A DNA stretch of 64,000 nucleotides from Thermoanaerobaculia bacterium. Its GTDB lineage: Bacteria; Acidobacteriota; Thermoanaerobaculia; Multivoradales; Multivoraceae. How positions within the stretch are numbered: the stretch's first letter is position 1; every line of letters starts with the position of its first letter. Positions 48,571 to 60,842 of this stretch are shown here, piece by piece. The notes beneath the pieces were generated by a model. It worked only from the letters and a program-made list of their open reading frames with translations, had not been told where the DNA came from and did not search any database. The stretch is from contig OY762911.1 in NCBI GenBank assembly GCA_963666565.1, forward strand, positions 4,320,001 through 4,384,000, read 5' to 3'. A program made the translations under genes and the position numbers.

Positions 48571-51500
48571 CTACGCGCCGGCGGAACCCACGGGCGCCCT
48601 CTTGCGCGGCGCCAGCGCGCCCGCCAGCGTCCGCCCCACCCAGGCCCGGCCGTCCTCGATCAACGTGTAGAACACCGGCACGGCCAGCAGGGTCAGCAAG
48701 GTTGCCGCCGCCATGCCGCCGATCAGGGTCAACGCGAAGCTCTTGTAGCTCAGGCCCATCTGCGTCGGTTGGCCGAACAGCAGCGGGACCATGCCGCCGA
48801 TCGTGGTGAGCGCCGTCATCATGATCGGCCGGAAGCGCCGGCCCGCGGCCTCGAGCAGCGCCTCGGCCCGTTCCATGCCCGCGGCGCGCAGCCGGTTGAC
48901 CGAGTCCAGCAGCACGATCCCGTTGTTCACGACAACCCCGATCAGGATGATCAGCCCGACCAGCCCGAGGAAGTCGAGGTCGCGCCCGGCGAACAGGTGG
49001 ATCCAGGTCACCCCCATGCTGGCGAGCGGAATCGTGACCAGGATGGCGACCGGCAGCAGGAAGCTCTCGAACAGGAAGCCCATCAGGAGGTAGACGAAGG
49101 CGATCGACATGAGCGCCGCGATCATCAGGTTCCGGGTCTCCTCGGCGGCGACGTTGCGCACCAGCCGCGCCCAGGCCACGCCTTCGGGCAGGTCGGTCCG
49201 CGCGGCGACGGCGCGCACGGCCCGCCGCGCCTCGCTCTCCCGGCCCTCTTCGAGCTCGACCGTGATCCGGCGCGCGGTCTGCTTGTCGCGGCGGGAGATC
49301 CGGGTCGCCGACGGCTGCTGGCGCACGTCGACGAGGGTGCCGATGGCGAGCGCCTCGCCGCTGCCGGCCGGCACCGAGAAGTCGCGGAGCTCGGCGAGGC
49401 TCTGGCGGTCCTCCTCCTCGAAGCGGATGCGCACCGGAATGTCCTGGCCGCCGTAGTAGATGCGCGGCAGAGCCTGGCCGCGCAGCGCGTAGCCGACCAT
49501 CGTCGCCAGGGTTCGCGGGTTGACCTGCTGACGCATCGCGAGGTCCCGGTCCAGCACGAGGGCGAGTTCGTTCGGCGCCTCGTCGGCCGCCTTCTTCACC
49601 GCGAGCACCCCCGGAACGCGCGCCAGCCGGTCCTCGATGCCGCTCGCCACCTCTTCCAGAACCTCGGCGTCCTCGCCGAACAGGGTCAGGGTCTCGAGCG
49701 CCTTGTCCGTCGTTTCCTGCTCCGACGCCATCCCCGTGTGGAAGCGGGTTCCGGGCATCTCGGGCATCAGGTCGATCACCCGCTCGGTGATCTCGCGGGT
49801 CTGGAGACCGAGATCGGAGTCCACCGCCACGATCCCCTGCACCTGGCCCCAGGTGCGCTCGTGAAACAGGACGAGGTACTCCAGCCCGAGCTCTTCCCGG
49901 ACGCCCGCCAGCCTGTCCTCGGCGCGCGCGAAGTACTCGATCGTCTCGTCGAAGGAGATGTTCCGGGGCAGCCGGACCTCGATGTTGAAGAAGGCCTGGT
50001 CGTCCTCCGACATCGGCACGACCTCCAGCCGGCCCCGGGCCGCGAACTGGGTCAGCCCCAGCGCCGCCACGAGCAGCAGCACCACGTCGAGCCGCCGCCT
50101 CAGGCCGAAGGCGAGCATGCCGCCGTAGGCGCGGTTCAGCAGCCCGAAGGTGGCCTCGTAGGCGCGGCGCAGGGCGACGTTCGAGGCGTCCCGGACCCGC
50201 CGCAGCGCTCCCTGCTCCTCGGCCCGCCTCGAAGGCAGCGTCACGTAGACGGCGAGCGGCACCACCACCAGCGCCACGACCAGCGACGCGAGCAGGGAGA
50301 CGGTGATCGGAATGACCAGCCGGAGCAGCATGAACTGCCCCTGTCCGTCGACCAGCGACACCGGCAGGAAGACGATCACCGTCGTCAGGGTGGCGGTGGT
50401 GATCGCCAGCGCGATCTCGCCCGCTCCCTGGAGCGCGGCCTGGCGGCGCCCCACGCCGCTCTGGTGCAGCCGGTGGATGTTCTCGGCCACGACCACCGAG
50501 TTGTCGACCAGCAATCCGACCGAGATCATCAGCCCGAGCAGCGAGATCACGTTGAAGGTCTCGCCGAAGAAGTACATCGCGACCACCGCCGCGACCATCG
50601 AGAGCGGAATCGAGAAGGCGATGACGAGCGACATCCGCAACCGGCGGAGGAAGAAGAAGAGGACGATCATCGCGAAGATCGCTCCGATCCGGCCGCTCGA
50701 CAGGAGCACGCCCATCGAGTCGCGGATGATCTCGCCCGAGCTCATGATCGCGTCGACCTCAAGGGCGGCCAGCCGGGGATTCCCGGCCAGTTCCCCGATC
50801 AGCGCCTCGACCTCGCCGGCCACTTCCAGCGCGTTCGCCTCGCCCTCCTTCTGCACCTGGATCGCATAGGCCGGCAGGCCGTTGACCCGCACCCGGAACT
50901 CGTCGTCGGGCACGTCGTAGCGAATCGAGGCGATGTCGCCGAGGCGCACCGTGTCGGTGACCCACATGTCGCGGACGTTCTGGGGTGCGGGGTACCCCGC
51001 CACGGACCGCAGCAGGAGCTTCCGGTCGCCGGCGCGGACGTTGCCGGACGCCAGCGTGAAGTAGTCGCTCGCCAGGTCCTGGGCAATCTCGAAGATGTTG
51101 AGACCGGCGGCCTCGACCCGCTGCCTGTCGAGCTCGATCAGCACCTCCCGTTCGAGCAGGCCCTGGGCGTCGACCGCGGCCACGCCGGGCAAGCGCTCCA
51201 GCTTCAGGACGACCTCGTTCTGGATCAGGTTGTAGACGTCCGCCGTCTCCTCCTCGACGATCAGGCCGACCATGGCCACGGGCATCAGGGTGTCGTCGTC
51301 CTTGCGGATGAAGACCTGCTCGACGTCGTCGGGCATCCGCGCGCGGGCGCGCTCGATCCGGTCGCGGACTTCCCGGTAGGCGACGTCCATGTCCGTCCCG
51401 TGCGCGAAACTCAGGAAGACCTGGCCGAAGCCGACGCTGCAGTACGAGTACTGGTTCTCCAGTCCGCGGACGGTGGCCAGTTCCTCCTCCAGCGGGATCG

Positions 51501-51725
51501 TGACCTTGTCCAGCACCTCCTGGGGCGGCGCGTCCCGCCACGGCACGGTCACGCGCAGGAAGGGCGAACTGTAGCCGGACGGGATCAGCTCGATCGGCAG
51601 CGACAGGGCCGCGACCAGGCCCATGACCAGCACCGCGCCGACGACGACGAGCACGCCGACGCGGCGCTCCAGCGACAGCCGGGGCAGGGAGTTGCCCAAT
51701 CCACCGGGGTTCGTTCCGCCGGGGA

Positions 51726-51729
<4 letters not shown>
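48571..51729 (-). CDS. RND efflux permease subunit (AcrB/MdtC-like) 2
   Basis: GLLVDNSVVVAENI, VFLP, GVVVNNGIVL, RFRPIMMTALTT. ATG at 51729 overlaps the upstream TGA. Confidence 0.92.
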
Positions 51730-55268
<3,539 letters not shown>

Positions 55269-55297
55269 GCGGCGCTCCTCTCTCTGTCGGTTGGCGG

Positions 55298-56488
55298 TCA
55301 GCTCGCGGGCTGGTACGTCGGGCCGGAGGACGCGCCGACTTCGGCCGCCGAGCCGAGCGCTTCGGCCGGGTCGAGCAGGCGGATCCGGGCGCCGTCCTTC
55401 AGGCCGGCCTGCCCCGCCACGATCAGGCGTTCGCCGTCGGCCAGGTCGCTCTCCAGGTGGACCACGTCCTCGCTCTCGACGAGGACGCGGACGAGCAGCC
55501 GCTCGGCCCGGGGACCGGCGTCGTCCTGGGTCACCCGGAAGACGAAGACCTGCTCCTTGTCGTAGACCAGAGCCCGCTTGGGTGCGAGCAGCGCATCCTC
55601 CAGGGCGGCGGCCACCAGGTCGACCTCGACGTACATGCCGGGCAGCAGGCCCTGGTTGCCCGGAATGCCGAGCGTCACCTTGACCGTGCCGCTCTGCGGA
55701 TCGACGACGGGCGAGATGCGCTCGATCGCGGCCTCGCGGGAACCGGCGAGCGACTGCGCCAGGATGCGGGCCGGCTGGCCGACGAACAGGCCGCTCAACC
55801 GGCGCTCCGGCACGAACACCCGCGCCACGATCGAGTCGAAGTCGACGATCTCGAACAGCTTGGCGTGGGTCTCGACGTGGTCGCCGACGTTGACCAGCCG
55901 CTCGGTGACGACGCCGGTTATCGGCGCCAGCACCGTCGCGTAGCCCAGCTCCCGCTCCGCGTCCTCCAGCGCGAGCTCGAGCTGCTCGGTGTCGTAGCGC
56001 GCCTGGTTGTACGCCTGCTCGCTGATCAGGTCCTGCTCGAAGAGGCGCGCCTGCCGCTCGTACTCCAGGCGGGAGCGCTCGAGCTGGCTCTCGACCCGCT
56101 TGAGCGCCGTGCGCTGCGCCTCGTCCTCGAGCCGCAGCAGCGTCTGGCCGGCGCGCACCGCGTCGCCCTCCTCGACGAGGAGGTCGGTCACGTGGCGCTC
56201 GGCCTCGGAGAGCACGTCGACGCGGCTCTCCGCCTCCAGGTTGGTCGAGAACCTGAGGACGGACTCGATCCGGCCGCGGAACATGGGCAGCGCGGCGACC
56301 GGGATCGCATCGCCGGCGGCCGCCGCGGCGGCTTCGGAAGTCGGCGGTTCGCCGGCCATGCCGCTGTCGAACGCACAGGCGGTCGCAAACAGCGCGACCA
56401 GGAGCATGAGAAAGAGAAGGGAAAGAGCCGGGGGCGTCAGGCGGATGCCCCGCCGTCCGGCCACTCGGTGCTTGTGTGTATGGGGCAT
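55298..56488 (-). CDS. RND periplasmic adaptor (membrane fusion protein)
   Basis: FATAC lipobox-like motif, LLVEEGDAVRAGQTL, APITGVV, ISPVVDPQSGTVKV, LLPGMYVEV. Confidence 0.9.
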   Translation of the reverse strand: MPHTHKHRVAGRRGIRLTPPALSLLFLMLLVALFATACAFDSGMAGEPPTSEAAAAAAGDAIPVAALPMFRGRIESVLRFSTNLEAESRVDVLSEAERHVTDLLVEEGDAVRAGQTLLRLEDEAQRTALKRVESQLERSRLEYERQARLFEQDLISEQAYNQARYDTEQLELALEDAERELGYATVLAPITGVVTERLVNVGDHVETHAKLFEIVDFDSIVARVFVPERRLSGLFVGQPARILAQSLAGSREAAIERISPVVDPQSGTVKVTLGIPGNQGLLPGMYVEVDLVAAALEDALLAPKRALVYDKEQVFVFRVTQDDAGPRAERLLVRVLVESEDVVHLESDLADGERLIVAGQAGLKDGARIRLLDPAEALGSAAEVGASSGPTYQPAS

Positions 56489-56636
56489 CGCTCGCTCGTC
56501 TTGTCGGCGTTGGGAGAGGTGAACGGGCCGCGAGGACCTTCGCCGCAGCCGGTTCTCCCGGCTGCCGGGCCTGGCAACTGCCCGCGTCACAGAGGAATAC
56601 GCCGCGAGCCGCGCGTTTGTTTCCGTCGGATCGGGC

Positions 56637-57797
56637 TCAGGTCGAGAGTTGGCTCTCAGCCAACCGCGCCCAGTACTTGGCGCCGATGGTCAGCAGGTCG
56701 TCGTTGAAGTCGTACCGGGGCGTGTGCAGCATGTCGCTGTCGCCGTTGCCGATCATCATGAACGAGCCGGGCCGCTCCTCGGCCAGGAACGCGAAGTCGT
56801 CGGAGCCCATCAGCGGCTCCATCTCGTCGTCGACGGACCAGCCCATGCTGCGGGCGGCGGTCGTCATCTCCTCCGTCTCGCGCGGCGCGTTGACCGTCGC
56901 CGGGTAGTAGCGCTCGTAGTCGACCTTGGCCGACGCGCCGTGGGCCGCGCAGACGCCGTGGACGACGCGTTCCAGCCCCTGTTCGAGGAGGTCCTGCACT
57001 TCGCGCAGGAAGGAACGGACGCCGCCGGCGAGGTACGCGGTCTCCGGGATCACGTTGAAGGCCTCGCCGGCATGGCTCATCGTCACGGACACGACCGCCC
57101 GGCGCCGCGGATCGACGTTGCGGGACACCAGGGTCTGGAGGCCCAGCACGACCTGGGACGCGGCGACGATCGGGTCGATGCCGCTGTGCGGCCAGGCGCC
57201 GTGCGTTCCGCGGCCGCGGACCTCGATCTCGAAGTGGTCGATCGCGGCCATGAAGGGGCCGCTGTTCGTGGCGAAGGCGCCCGCCGGCACGCCGGGAAAG
57301 TTGTGCAGGCCGAAGACCTTGTCGGCCGGGAAGCGCTCGAACAGCCCCTCCCGCACCATGACTCCGGCGCCGCCGTCCTTCTCCTCGGCGGGCTGGAAGA
57401 TGAGCTGAACCGTGCCGTCGAAGTTGCGGGTCTCGGCAAGGTAGCGGGCCGCGCCCAGCAGCATCGCGGTGTGGCCGTCGTGCCCGCAGGCGTGCATCTT
57501 CCCGGCCGCCGTCGAACAGTGCCCGAACTGGTTCTGCTCGTGGATCGGCAGCGCGTCCATGTCGGCCCGCAGCGCCACCGCGCGATCCGAACTGCCGGCC
57601 CGGATCGTCCCGACGACTCCCGTCTTCGCGATGCCGTGATGCACCTCCTCGATGCCGAACGACCGCAGCCGCTCCGTCACGATCTGCGAAGTCCGCTCCT
57701 CCTCGAAGGCGAGCTCCGGGTGGCGGTGGAAATCGCGCCGCCATTCCGTCAGCTCGTCGCGCCAGCCGTCGATGCGGCCGTAGTCGTCGGAGGCCAT
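56637..57797 (-). CDS. M20 family amidohydrolase (hippurate hydrolase-like)
   Basis: RRDFHRHPELAFEE, LRADMDALP, MHACGHDGH, FQPAEE, LHTPRYDFND. Confidence 0.93.
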   Translation of the reverse strand: MASDDYGRIDGWRDELTEWRRDFHRHPELAFEEERTSQIVTERLRSFGIEEVHHGIAKTGVVGTIRAGSSDRAVALRADMDALPIHEQNQFGHCSTAAGKMHACGHDGHTAMLLGAARYLAETRNFDGTVQLIFQPAEEKDGGAGVMVREGLFERFPADKVFGLHNFPGVPAGAFATNSGPFMAAIDHFEIEVRGRGTHGAWPHSGIDPIVAASQVVLGLQTLVSRNVDPRRRAVVSVTMSHAGEAFNVIPETAYLAGGVRSFLREVQDLLEQGLERVVHGVCAAHGASAKVDYERYYPATVNAPRETEEMTTAARSMGWSVDDEMEPLMGSDDFAFLAEERPGSFMMIGNGDSDMLHTPRYDFNDDLLTIGAKYWARLAESQLST

Positions 57798-57884
57798 GGG
57801 CGATGCAGTCTAGCTCCAACGAGGCCTCGCCTCGGACCGACGAAAGGCGAAACCGAGGAGGCCCCACACCGGGTGCGCCAGGGC

Positions 57885-58060
57885 GCCATCCGCTGGATGG
57901 GCGAGCCTGCCATCCGCTGGGTGCGCGGGTCTGCCATCCGCTGGGTGCGCGGGTCTGCCATCCGCTGGGTGCGCGGGTCTGCCATCCGCTGGGTGCGCGG
58001 GTCTTCTGACCCGCATCCGCCGCAGGCGGCCAGGAACGCGCCGCGAAGCGGCGGCGACTG
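57885..58060 (+). repeat. REP-like element copy 7, preceded by a 24-bp tandem array of its own 5' end
   Basis: GCCATCCGCTGGGTGCGCGGGTCT x4 exact (57909-58004) plus one degenerate unit (57885-57908); the last unit continues TCTGACCCGC into the full element. Confidence 0.88.
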
Positions 58061-58103
58061 CAGAACACCGTCGGCGGATCCCGGTGTAGTTTCGCGCCCA
58101 GCG

Positions 58104-59141
58104 ATGAGGTTCGAAGCCACGCCCCTCGCCGAAGCCCTCGGCGCCGTCCTGGGCCACAACGTCTACAACGACGAAGGCCGCCGCGTGCTACGCAAGGGCC
58201 GGGCGCTCGGCGAGAAGGAACTGGTGCTCCTGGCCGATCTCGGCCGCGACCGGGTCTTCGCGGCACGGCTCGAACCGGGAGACGTCGACGAGGACGAAGC
58301 CGCCCGCCGAGTCAGCGAGGCCGTGGCAGGGCCGGGTCTAGACCTGCGGGGTCCGACGACCGGGCGCGTCAACCTGCACGCGCAGACGCTTGGCGTACTG
58401 CGTGTCGACGCCGAAGCCTTGGACCGCATCAACGAGTGCGACGGCGTCACCCTGGCCACCCTGCCGAACCACAGCGTGGCCGGCACCGGCAAGATGGTCG
58501 GGACGACGAAGATCCTTCCCTACGCCTTGCCCGAAGAGACGGTCGCCGCAGCGGAGAGCGTGGCCGAAGGCCCGCTGATCCGGCTCGACCCGCTGCCGCC
58601 GAGCACTGCGGGTCTGATCGTCTCCGGCACCGTCGCTCCGGGCCAGTCGGCCGGCCGCGAGCGGTTGGTCGAGGGCTTCGAGAGCGCGTTCCAGATGCGG
58701 CTCGGCGCGCTCGGCGCCGACCTCGCCACCATCCGCTTCGTCCCTCTGCACGGCGAGCAGGGGACCTCCGGCCTCACCGCGGCCGCGGCCGAACTCGCCC
58801 CGGACGTCGATCTCCTGGTCCTGGCCGGCGAAACCGCCATTCAGGACCGCCACGACCTCGCGCCCAGCGCCATCGAAGCGGCCGGCGGCACCGTCATCTG
58901 CTACGGCGCGCCGGTGGACCCCGGCAACCTGCTGCTGCTCGCCGAACTCAACGGCACACCGGTCCTCGGCGCCCCCGGCTGCGCCCGAAGCCCGAAGCGG
59001 AACATCGTCGACCTGGTGCTCCCCCGCCTGCTCGTCGGCGACCGGCTGACGCGCCGCGACATCACGTCGCTGGGCCACGGCGGACTGCTCGAGGACGTCC
59101 CGGAGCGGCCATTGCCGCGGCGGCGGATCGAGACGCGCTAG
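58104..59141 (+). CDS. Molybdopterin-binding protein (MoeA/MogA-like fold)
   Basis: ARLEPGDVDEDEAA, TGRVNL, KILPYA, GAPVDPGNLLLLA, PVLGAPGCARSPKRN...VLPRL...LGHGGLL. Confidence 0.82.
   Translation: MRFEATPLAEALGAVLGHNVYNDEGRRVLRKGRALGEKELVLLADLGRDRVFAARLEPGDVDEDEAARRVSEAVAGPGLDLRGPTTGRVNLHAQTLGVLRVDAEALDRINECDGVTLATLPNHSVAGTGKMVGTTKILPYALPEETVAAAESVAEGPLIRLDPLPPSTAGLIVSGTVAPGQSAGRERLVEGFESAFQMRLGALGADLATIRFVPLHGEQGTSGLTAAAAELAPDVDLLVLAGETAIQDRHDLAPSAIEAAGGTVICYGAPVDPGNLLLLAELNGTPVLGAPGCARSPKRNIVDLVLPRLLVGDRLTRRDITSLGHGGLLEDVPERPLPRRRIETR
58970..59141 (+). repeat. 172-bp direct repeat, left copy (current 3' end of the molybdopterin-binding gene)
   Basis: Gap-free match to 60180-60351. Confidence 0.9.
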
Positions 59142-59176
59142 CGCTAGCGAAGTCAGCGCGCTTCGCTTGTCGCACT

Positions 59177-59428
59177 TCAGCGAAGCTGGCTCAGCTGTTG
59201 GCGGGCACAGTCGACAATGCCGAGGTGACGGCACATCGCCTTGACGAAGTGAACGTTGACCTCTCCTCGCCCCGACTGTTGTTTGCGCCCGTGTTGGCCT
59301 GTCGGCAAGTGACGGTACGTTCTCCCGCCGTGCAGCACCCGCCACTTGTGCTTGCCACGAATCAGGTCGTGGCCGGGGGCGCAGACGTCCAGCATTCTGA
59401 ACACCTCTCGAAGCTGGATCTGGGCCAC
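59177..59428 (-). CDS. Small basic protein, HicA-like toxin candidate
   Basis: 83 aa with pattern helix (REVFRML) - RGKH - beta strands - P..H - helix (VKAMCRHLGI), resembling HicA GSH-type toxins; immediately downstream of a HicB-like gene. Confidence 0.55.
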   Translation of the reverse strand: MAQIQLREVFRMLDVCAPGHDLIRGKHKWRVLHGGRTYRHLPTGQHGRKQQSGRGEVNVHFVKAMCRHLGIVDCARQQLSQLR

Positions 59429-59440
59429 GCTTGGAGAGGG

Positions 59441-59935
59441 TCAGGCGGCCAGGAGCATCGTGGGCGGATTGGGGTTGTTGGTCGACAACGGCTGAGCGAA
59501 CTCAGTGACGCTGTGTCGCAGAGCCGGGTTCTTCTTGGTCGGCAGATCGCTTGGGACGTTGCCGGCGGCAACCTCCCTTCGCGCCGCCTCGAACGCGTCC
59601 CTTGCCCAGTCGTCAGCGTCGTGAAAGAACTCGGCCACGTCGCCCCTGAACGCAGAAAGGTCCGAAGCTGTCTCGGCGATGTCGTAGAGGGCGAACTCGA
59701 TCTTCTCCCTGAGGTCGAGGTATGCCTCCAGCAGAGTGTCACCGAGCCCGGCGACGCCCCCCGGCTTGAGGCCGTGGGCGAGAAAGACGGTGCCGTCGTC
59801 GTCCTGTTCGACCGTCACGACAGCGCCACCACGAAACTCGACCCCGGCGCTGTAGCTGCAGCCCTGTACGGGGATCTGGATGGTGAAAACGAGCGGGTAG
59901 ACGGTACCGACGCCCGGTACCCCAGCATCAGCCAC
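59441..59935 (-). CDS. Acidic protein with HicB-like core, antitoxin candidate
   Basis: VEQDDDGTVFLAHGLKPGGVAGLGDTLLEAYLDLREKIEFAL resembles the HicB partial RNase-H motif; GTG at 59935 with AAGGAGGAGG RBS. Confidence 0.6.
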   Translation of the reverse strand: MADAGVPGVGTVYPLVFTIQIPVQGCSYSAGVEFRGGAVVTVEQDDDGTVFLAHGLKPGGVAGLGDTLLEAYLDLREKIEFALYDIAETASDLSAFRGDVAEFFHDADDWARDAFEAARREVAAGNVPSDLPTKKNPALRHSVTEFAQPLSTNNPNPPTMLLAA

Positions 59936-60049
59936 GGCAGCCTCCTCCTTGTTCGCTTGGCGGTGTCCAAGGGGCAGGGGCGACAATCGACGCCCATCCC
60001 TGCGGACTCTAGGCGTCCCCACCCGCCGGGTCAAGCACTAGCAGCGAGT

Positions 60050-60198
60050 GATCCACGCGCCCCCGGCTGCGCCCGCCATATCTCGACCTCGAGGGAGTGT
60101 AGGTGGGAGCGATCCACACGCCCCCGGCTGCGCCCGCCATATCTCGACCTCGAGGGAGTGTAGGTGGGAGCGATCCACACGCCCCCGGCTGCGCCCGC
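60050..60198 (+). repeat. 61-bp tandem repeat (two full units plus a partial) containing the start of the 172-bp duplication
   Basis: GATCCAC(G/A)CGCCCCCGGCTGCGCCCGCCATATCTCGACCTCGAGGGAGTGTAGGTGGGAGC at 60050-60110 and 60111-60171; third partial unit from 60172. Confidence 0.9.
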
Positions 60199-60351
60199 AG
60201 CCCGAAGCGGAACATCGTCGACCTGGTGCTCCCCCGCCTGCTCGTCGGCGACCGGCTGACCCGGCGCGACATCACCTCGCCGGGCCACGGCGGTCTGCTG
60301 GAAGACGTCCCGGAGCGTCCGCTGCCAAGGAGGCGAATCGGGACCGCGTGA
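60180..60351 (+). pseudogene. Displaced duplicate 3' end of the molybdopterin-binding gene (att-like repeat, right copy)
   Basis: Encodes APGCARSPKRNIVDLVLPRLLVGDRLTRRDITSPGHGGLLEDVPERPLPRRRIGTA*, versus ...SLGH...RIETR* in the intact gene. Confidence 0.88.
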
Positions 60352-60446
60352 AGCGATTCCGAACCGCCTCGATACCGCGCCCCGGTGTAGACTCACTCGC
60401 GGTCAGCTTGGCGGCTGCCAGCGCTGTCCGCCGCAGAGAAAGGGCC

Positions 60447-60758
60447 ATGAACGAGACGCTGTCGGGACAACTGCCGGAGATCACCGCGAAGATCCAGGAG
60501 ATGACGCGCGCCACCTTCCCGGACATTCGCTTCACGAACATCTGGGTGCAGCCGGGCACATCATGGTTCGGAGACGCGGTCGTCGATATCTGGGCGATCT
60601 ACGACGGAGAGGTCGACGATCTCCAGAAGGTCCCCGGCAAACTCTCGTTCGGTACCCGAGTCCAGGACATGCTCTGGGATCGCGGCCTGGACGTCCTGCC
60701 GAAGACCCACTTCGTCACGAAGGCCGACGCGGGAGACTGGCGCCCTGAAGGCCTCTGA
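60447..60758 (+). CDS. Hypothetical protein (103 aa)
   Basis: ATG after AGAAAGGG; MNETLSGQ...GDAVVDIWAIYDG...PKTHFVTKAD; compact alpha/beta composition. Confidence 0.65.
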   Translation: MNETLSGQLPEITAKIQEMTRATFPDIRFTNIWVQPGTSWFGDAVVDIWAIYDGEVDDLQKVPGKLSFGTRVQDMLWDRGLDVLPKTHFVTKADAGDWRPEGL

Positions 60759-60842
60759 CTTCCTGACGACGGCTCGGAGACAGGCGAGTTGAGCCACTCG
60801 TTGCCGTCCCGCGATCAACCGAATCGCCACCGCCCGGAGCAA

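Noticed and set aside
57885-58004. Possible CRISPR array
   Set aside because: Units abut with no unique spacers, and no cas genes are present.
60050-60198. Possible mini-CRISPR (27-nt repeat with 34-nt spacers)
   Set aside because: The two spacers are identical and the repeat is largely part of a duplicated coding sequence; it is a tandem duplication.
58970-60351. DGR template/variable repeat pair
   Set aside because: Differences are mostly synonymous third-position changes, not adenine-specific, and no reverse transcriptase is in the window.
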